Shown here piece by piece: positions 58,653-64,000 of a DNA stretch of 64,000 nt. Below the pieces are notes generated by a model. It was not told the DNA's origin. It ran no database searches and was given only the letters and a program-made list of their open reading frames with translations. The stretch lies in contig JBGPGO010000005.1 of NCBI GenBank assembly GCA_041483895.1, positions 96,001-160,000 of the forward strand, written 5' to 3'. Made by a program: the position numbers and the translations under genes. Origin of the DNA: Fimbriimonadia bacterium. Lineage in GTDB: Bacteria; Armatimonadota; Fimbriimonadia; Fimbriimonadales; JABRVX01. The first letter of the stretch is position 1; each line of letters starts with the position of its first letter.

Positions 58653-60338
58653 CTATCCCAGCTTCACCGCTACCTTGACCACCCCAGCCTTTTCGTGCCG
58701 GGCCGTTAGCTTCGCGGTGCCGCCCTTGGGCGCGCGGACCGTCCACTCGATCTTCAGCCGCTCATCCGTGGTGTCCGCATTCCACAGCCCGCCGGAGCCG
58801 CCGTTGTAGCATTTCCCCTCCAATTGAGAAAGCTCCATCCGTTCTTTCCCGCTCTCCAACATAGCCCCCGGCGGCAGCTTGATCTCCGCGACGATGGGCC
58901 GCACGATCTTCCCAGAAACCGCCTTCTTGGAAATGTACGTCGGCAACCATCCGGTGTTTTCGATATACATCCGCACCACATAAGACCCCCGGCCCAACGG
59001 CTCCGCCTCCGCCTTGATCAGCTCCAGCCGCGGCGCGATCTGCAGATGCCAGATCAGCCAGTCTGTAAACGGCGCGATCTCTTTCTCCAAAAGGTGCGGC
59101 GGCGGATTGCGCCATGCATAGCCGAAATCCCACCCGCCCAGCTCGATCTTCCCCAGCTGTGGATGTTTGAACTCATACCAATCGATATACCCGCGACCCT
59201 TCAGCTCCTTGTCCGCCCATTCGATCAATTTGACATCATCTTCAATCGGATGCTCGCGGAACCAATCGATGTATTTGAAATCTTTGATTCCGGCCTGTCG
59301 CTGCGGGCTCCATATCTCCACCGTCCACGCGAAAACGCCGCGATGCTCATACATCCAATCGTCAAAGACGCCCGTGATCACTTCTTTCGGGTGGTACTTG
59401 AAATCGTGGAAAACCGAGATGGCAGGGTAGCCGGTGAGCTCGGTTCCCTTCGCGCCGATTTTCTTGAATGTCCACACGTCCTCGGCTGGCAGCTCGTCGT
59501 CGGCCACGCGGCTCGGAGGGCGCAGCAGCACGCCGCTAAACGTGTGGAAGCATACCGCCCCGGTGATGTTCGGGTGCTTGCAGATGAAATCCACCTGCGC
59601 TCGGATTTCCGGTTCGGATGTGGGGTATGGGCCAGCGCCATATTGCTCGCCCTCGATGCGCCAGCCGGAGGGGTAGTTGCGGTTGAGGTCCAGTCCCTCC
59701 TTGCGCTTGGCCAGGTTGATCATCACGCCGTCATAGTTGTCCAACTTGCCCTCGGGCAGGAGGCGATAGTAGGTTCCGCCTTCTTCGCCCGGTTCGCGTG
59801 GAATGAGCAGCTTGGTGACCTCCGGATGGGATTTCCACGCGCCGTTGGGGTCTTTGATTCGCATCGAGAGCATGCGGCCGTCGCCATCGATGTCTTCATG
59901 ATGCAGGCCCTCGATCGGCTCTTCGTCGAACGGATACGGGCGGGTGCTGGAGCGGATAATCTTGGGCTTGTCGGCAAGCGCCCATTCCGCGCCGTCGGGG
60001 TTGAGGCGGGGAACGACGTAATAGGCGCGGGTGTCCAGCAGCCGCTTGATCTCCTTGCTCTTGGGGTCCTCGGTCAGAAGCTTGTTGATCAGATGGAGGC
60101 AGGCGGTGGAAGCGGAGACCTCGCTGGCGTGGATGTTGCCGTCGACCCACAAGGCGGGCTTTTCCTCGGCGGCGCCGGTTCGGAAGCGGGTGATGGTGCA
60201 GAGCCAGATGTCGCGCCCTTCGAAGCTCTTCCCGATGGATTCGAGGCGAAAAATGTCCGGCCGGTCTTTGGCGAACTGTTTTAGGAACTTGGTGATGTCG
60301 GCGTAGCGATAGTATTGGTTGAATTTTATATTGGCCAT
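58653..60338 (-). CDS. M14 family zinc carboxypeptidase
   Basis: IHASE, LNPDG, DLNRNYP, SEPE, FHTFSG. Confidence 0.92.
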   Translation of the reverse strand: MANIKFNQYYRYADITKFLKQFAKDRPDIFRLESIGKSFEGRDIWLCTITRFRTGAAEEKPALWVDGNIHASEVSASTACLHLINKLLTEDPKSKEIKRLLDTRAYYVVPRLNPDGAEWALADKPKIIRSSTRPYPFDEEPIEGLHHEDIDGDGRMLSMRIKDPNGAWKSHPEVTKLLIPREPGEEGGTYYRLLPEGKLDNYDGVMINLAKRKEGLDLNRNYPSGWRIEGEQYGAGPYPTSEPEIRAQVDFICKHPNITGAVCFHTFSGVLLRPPSRVADDELPAEDVWTFKKIGAKGTELTGYPAISVFHDFKYHPKEVITGVFDDWMYEHRGVFAWTVEIWSPQRQAGIKDFKYIDWFREHPIEDDVKLIEWADKELKGRGYIDWYEFKHPQLGKIELGGWDFGYAWRNPPPHLLEKEIAPFTDWLIWHLQIAPRLELIKAEAEPLGRGSYVVRMYIENTGWLPTYISKKAVSGKIVRPIVAEIKLPPGAMLESGKERMELSQLEGKCYNGGSGGLWNADTTDERLKIEWTVRAPKGGTAKLTARHEKAGVVKVAVKLG

Positions 60339-60408
60339 CGGGTCTCTTCCTTGAGTTGGGGTCTTGGGAAAGCAATTCGATAACGAACGGTCTGGTCCTG
60401 CCGGACCG

Positions 60409-60633
60409 TCAAGCTGCGAATCCCGGGTGGTCTATGCGGCGAGCGGCATACGTGAGGCAAGCTTTCAGATCATCCGGCTCCAGATCCGGCAATTCCTGCA
60501 AAATCTGCTGTGAGGTCAGACCTGAGGCAAACAGGTCGAGAACGTCGGAGACACGAATCCGCATTCCTCGGATGCAGGGCCGTCCTCCGCACTGGTCAGG
60601 GTTAATCGTTATCCGACGCAACATGTCTTCCAT
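60409..60633 (-). CDS. DUF433 domain protein (putative antitoxin)
   Basis: RITINPDQCGGRPCIRGMRIRV; TAGAAT 7 nt before ATG. Confidence 0.9.
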   Translation of the reverse strand: MEDMLRRITINPDQCGGRPCIRGMRIRVSDVLDLFASGLTSQQILQELPDLEPDDLKACLTYAARRIDHPGFAA

Positions 60634-60664
60634 TGTCGCGATTCTACCATTCCGTGCTTGACAT

Positions 60665-61783
60665 TCACGCAAATACCTCTAGATATTTCAACCCCGAACC
60701 AGTGTTGAAGAGGACCACGGTGTCCATAGGGGAGATGAACCCCGTGGCGAGGAGATTGCGGGCGGCGGCGAGGGTCGCACCACCCTCAGGGCAGGCGAAG
60801 ATCCCCGTCTTTCGCGCCATCTCTCTGGCCGCTCCAATCATTTCCTCATCTGTGACAGTGACGGCCGTTCCGCCCGAGGCACGGATCAGATCGAGCATGA
60901 TGAAATCACCGATGGCGCGGGGAACACGAAGGCCGGAGGCCGCGGTCTGTGCGTTCGGATAAGTCTCCGCGAAACGCTCGCCGTTTTGGAAAGCGGTGAC
61001 GATGGGCGCGCAGCCGGCGGCCTGCACCGACACCATTTTCGGCCGCTCGGATTCAATCCAGCCCATGCGCTCCATCTCGTCGAACGCCTTCCACATGCCC
61101 ACCAATCCGGTCCCGCCGCCGGTCGGATAGATGATAACGTCCGGCAATCTGCCGAGCTGCTCAAATAGCTCATACCCCATCGTCTTTTTACCTTCCACGC
61201 GATAGGGCTCCTTGAGGGTGCTCATATCAAACCAACCCTCATGATCTTTGCGTTTCGCGATTTCCGCGGCGCAATCCGTGATGAGGCCGTCGATAAGAGT
61301 TACATGGGCACCGTACACTTGGCATTCGATGACACATGCGCGCGGCGTGTCGGCAGGCATAAAGACGTGCGCCTCCAACCCTGCCTTTGCGGCATAGGCG
61401 GCGAGCGCTCCGCCTGCGTTTCCCGCGCTCGGGACCGCGAGCTTCATCGCGCCGAGATGTTTGGCCATGGAAACCGCGACGCTCATGCCGCGCGCTTTGA
61501 AACTCGCCGTCGGGTTGACGCCTTCATCTTTCACATACCACCAATCACCCAAAGCAGGTGTGTGATGCAACGGCGTAAATCCCTCGCCCAACGAGATCGG
61601 TTCGCACGGCGGCAACACTTCGCGATATCGCCATAATGATGGTGACCTGACCCCTAGATCGTGCGATTGGAGGGCGCCCGGAGTCAACTGATAGTCCACA
61701 CGCAACGGCTTGCCACATTCACAGATCGACTGCAATCGATTGGGATCATATTGATTGCCGCAGAGGAAGCAAGAGAGAGTCAT
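60665..61783 (-). CDS. thrC: Threonine synthase family protein
   Basis: SLGEGFTP, NPTASFKARG, SAGNAG, PTGGG, FNTGSGLKY. Confidence 0.85.
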   Translation of the reverse strand: MTLSCFLCGNQYDPNRLQSICECGKPLRVDYQLTPGALQSHDLGVRSPSLWRYREVLPPCEPISLGEGFTPLHHTPALGDWWYVKDEGVNPTASFKARGMSVAVSMAKHLGAMKLAVPSAGNAGGALAAYAAKAGLEAHVFMPADTPRACVIECQVYGAHVTLIDGLITDCAAEIAKRKDHEGWFDMSTLKEPYRVEGKKTMGYELFEQLGRLPDVIIYPTGGGTGLVGMWKAFDEMERMGWIESERPKMVSVQAAGCAPIVTAFQNGERFAETYPNAQTAASGLRVPRAIGDFIMLDLIRASGGTAVTVTDEEMIGAAREMARKTGIFACPEGGATLAAARNLLATGFISPMDTVVLFNTGSGLKYLEVFA

Positions 61784-62832
61784 CTCAGTTCTTGGATTCG
61801 GATGTTGCGATATTCAATGCGGCCGGGAGGACCGTTATGAGAATCTTGGAGACCGATATATCCTCGCATGGGCTTCTCGGCGATCGCGGGCACTTTATCC
61901 ATGTCAACGTCCACGCATGTTACGCCGTCGCAAGTCACCGTGATCTTCTTGCCGGCACAGCGAATATCGTAGTGATGCCATACGTCGTTGGTTTCGGATG
62001 GCCGCGGATGCACTGAGACAGTTCCATAGAGTGAACCGGTGCAGTGCATGTCATCGCGTGGCTCGTTCGATATCTGGACTTCATGGCCCGTCTCCCACGG
62101 ATTGGCCTCCGCATCGCAACGCAGAAATACGCCGCTGTTCCCGTTTTTTGAGACGCGCCAATCCAGACGCAGATCGAAGTCGCCGTACTGTTTGCGCGAT
62201 CGCAACCATAGTCCGTTCCTGCCGCTTTCGCTGACGATCTCCCCATTGCACACCATGAAGCCCAACGGATCGCCGACTACGATCCAATCGTCCAAATTGT
62301 CGCCATCAAATAAAGACGTGAAACCGGCTTCAACAGCAAGTTTCGCTTTGGTATGAAACAGCACACCGGCGGGAATCTCTTTCTTGTCGACACCGGGTCC
62401 AGAGTAGCTCACCTTCAACGCAAATTCTCCGCCACCTTGTTGGTAGCGCAGCACGATCGTGTGCATGCCGGCGGCCAGGCCGACCTCGGCGGACTGTTCC
62501 CCCTTGTCCCAATTGCTCATGATTGCCACGCCGCCAATCCGAAGCTCGCTTGTATCATCCGACTGCACAAAGAAGTGGTATGTGCCGGGTTTATCGATTC
62601 GGATATAGCCTTCGAGGCGCAGCCCGAAATCATAGTTGCGACGCATCGGGTAGGTGCTGAATGTCGCCACGGTCCCGGTGGCCACCGGATCCAAATGATC
62701 CAGCAAGCGCGCGTCCTGTGGAACGCCCTGGTAGTAGACATAATGAAGACCCGGCGCGACGTTCCCCAGCTTTTCCGCTGGAACTAGACCGGTTTGCGCC
62801 GCCGCGGCCAACAGAAGGAGAAGTACATTCAT
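61780..62832 (-). CDS. Secreted PA14 + DUF1080 (3-keto-disaccharide hydrolase-like) protein
   Basis: SDDTS..QGGG PA14; LFDG, GNSGVF, YIGLQDSH, YRNIRI. Confidence 0.85.
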   Translation of the reverse strand: MNVLLLLLAAAAQTGLVPAEKLGNVAPGLHYVYYQGVPQDARLLDHLDPVATGTVATFSTYPMRRNYDFGLRLEGYIRIDKPGTYHFFVQSDDTSELRIGGVAIMSNWDKGEQSAEVGLAAGMHTIVLRYQQGGGEFALKVSYSGPGVDKKEIPAGVLFHTKAKLAVEAGFTSLFDGDNLDDWIVVGDPLGFMVCNGEIVSESGRNGLWLRSRKQYGDFDLRLDWRVSKNGNSGVFLRCDAEANPWETGHEVQISNEPRDDMHCTGSLYGTVSVHPRPSETNDVWHHYDIRCAGKKITVTCDGVTCVDVDMDKVPAIAEKPMRGYIGLQDSHNGPPGRIEYRNIRIQELR

Positions 62833-63214
62833 ATTCGCCCTATTCGCCGGCTGTTCGGGATTTCCTGGCCGGGTTCCAGCCAGTCCGGTTCCGGACCATG
62901 ACAAACTGGACCGCCAGCATCTCGGTCCGCCCTTCCAGGTAGGCCTTCGCGACCCGATGGCTGCCGTCCATCAGCATGCCGTCCGCCGACAAAATGATTG
63001 GCCGGGATAGGTCGGCGTCGAGGATTCGCTTCACGTGATCGGCCACGTGGCGGCAAGTCGGCAAACGCTCATCGTCGAACCAACAGTTTTGATCAAACTC
63101 GCGAATATCTGCGATGAAGACAGTCCTAGTGGGAAGGTCCACCGCGGCCTTCCAGAAATTCTCCGTCCACCAGAACTTTCTTCCCCCAGGCGTAAGTCGT
63201 GAATGTCTTGCCAT
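62829..63214 (-). pseudogene. Small ParB/Srx-like protein with probable 1-nt deletion near the 3' end
   Basis: ADLSRPIILSADG.LMDGSHRVAKA; frame switch at 62895-62896 (see findings). Confidence 0.6.
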
Positions 63215-63274
63215 GCGAAAATGAAAAGGACCTCGCTGTCGCGGCGCCGGCCCCGCATACTCCAACTAGATTGA

Positions 63275-64000
63275 CTAAAACTCGTACTCCATGATGAAAT
63301 GAAACTGATCGGAATTGTCTTCCCGGTTGTTGATCGCGAATGCGTACGTGCCAAGAACGTTGAAGTTCTTACTCGCGCGATATACCAACGTTGGACCTAA
63401 CAGCATGTCGTGTCCCGAATCATGGAGATCGCGCACGAATTCAAAACCCCCGCGAAGTCCGGGCATGTACTCCAACTCCCCATACCCGTGCTCCTCATGA
63501 CCTTCAAATTTGCCATTCAGAGGCCGCACGTAACCCAATGTCAACTCGCTGTCAGTCGACTTGTTATCACCCTCGAGGTTTTGACCCACATTGACATTGA
63601 TCGTAAGGTCGCCGCCATCGTGGAAATAGACCGTCGAGATGAATTTTAGTTCGCCATGCGAATCCTCGTTTTTTGGCTTCTCAAATTCGAAGTTCAGCGC
63701 CGGCAGAATTCGGTCATAGTGGAAATCACCGAAGTTCAATCGAAGTTCCCCGTCAAACCCCTCGTACTTCAGCTCTTCGCCGTTGTCGCGAACGTACATG
63801 ATCCCCGGTTCGAATGCGATATGGTCTGTGATGCCATACTCGAACTCAAACTCCTGCACATACTGCTTCGTCTTATTGAAGAAGTGGCTGCGCGATTCAA
63901 TCTCTTTCTCACCCTTGTATGGGAGGAAAAAATCACGACTCAGTGTAAAATCGCGGTGATGGGCCCCCGCCCGTGGCGCGGCAAAAAGGAAACCGCCGGA
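63275..64000 (-). CDS. Probable outer-membrane beta-barrel protein (5' end outside window)
   Basis: Frame open from 64000 (SGGFLFAAPRAGA-HHRDF...); alternating beta pattern; ends EYEF. Confidence 0.7.
   Translation of the reverse strand, partial: SGGFLFAAPRAGAHHRDFTLSRDFFLPYKGEKEIESRSHFFNKTKQYVQEFEFEYGITDHIAFEPGIMYVRDNGEELKYEGFDGELRLNFGDFHYDRILPALNFEFEKPKNEDSHGELKFISTVYFHDGGDLTINVNVGQNLEGDNKSTDSELTLGYVRPLNGKFEGHEEHGYGELEYMPGLRGGFEFVRDLHDSGHDMLLGPTLVYRASKNFNVLGTYAFAINNREDNSDQFHFIMEYEF

Noticed and set aside
58824..60284. 486-aa plus-strand ORF
   Set aside because: Antisense shadow of the M14 peptidase
60388..60410. ACGGTCTGG..CCGGACCGT hairpin similar to 23372-23390
   Set aside because: Short similarity; could be independent terminators
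1..64000. tRNA, rRNA, CRISPR arrays, transposases, integrases
   Set aside because: None recognised by eye; a covariance-model scan would be needed to exclude small ncRNAs

Overview
GC-rich bacterial chromosome segment. Gene content (C-terminal dockerin-like proteins, a PEP-CTERM protein, an H-X9-DG protein, stalk-domain protein, HspR regulon) is most consistent with Armatimonadota; this is an inference. Housekeeping content: dnaK-dnaJ-hspR with a HAIR operator, guaB, ffh-rpsP-khpA-rimM, def-fmt, remA-mreBCD-gdh, purH, thrC, and two DtxR-family regulators with mntH. Accessory content: beta-propeller surface proteins, c-di-GMP enzymes, an ECF sigma, an AAA ATPase + TOPRIM-like pair, and several TA-type genes. 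The strongest unexplained signal is a family of short GC-rich palindromic elements. One copy is intergenic, and others sit in frame inside two conserved genes (ffh and a glcD-like oxidase), read in opposite orientations. Other signals: a -10 hexamer 6-10 nt before many start codons (likely leaderless mRNAs), a convergent hicB/hicA pair, tandem propeller genes with conserved ends and divergent cores, a truncated gene after mntH, and a probable 1-nt frameshift. No rRNA, tRNA, CRISPR array, transposase or integrase was seen. All product calls come from motif recognition, not database searches.
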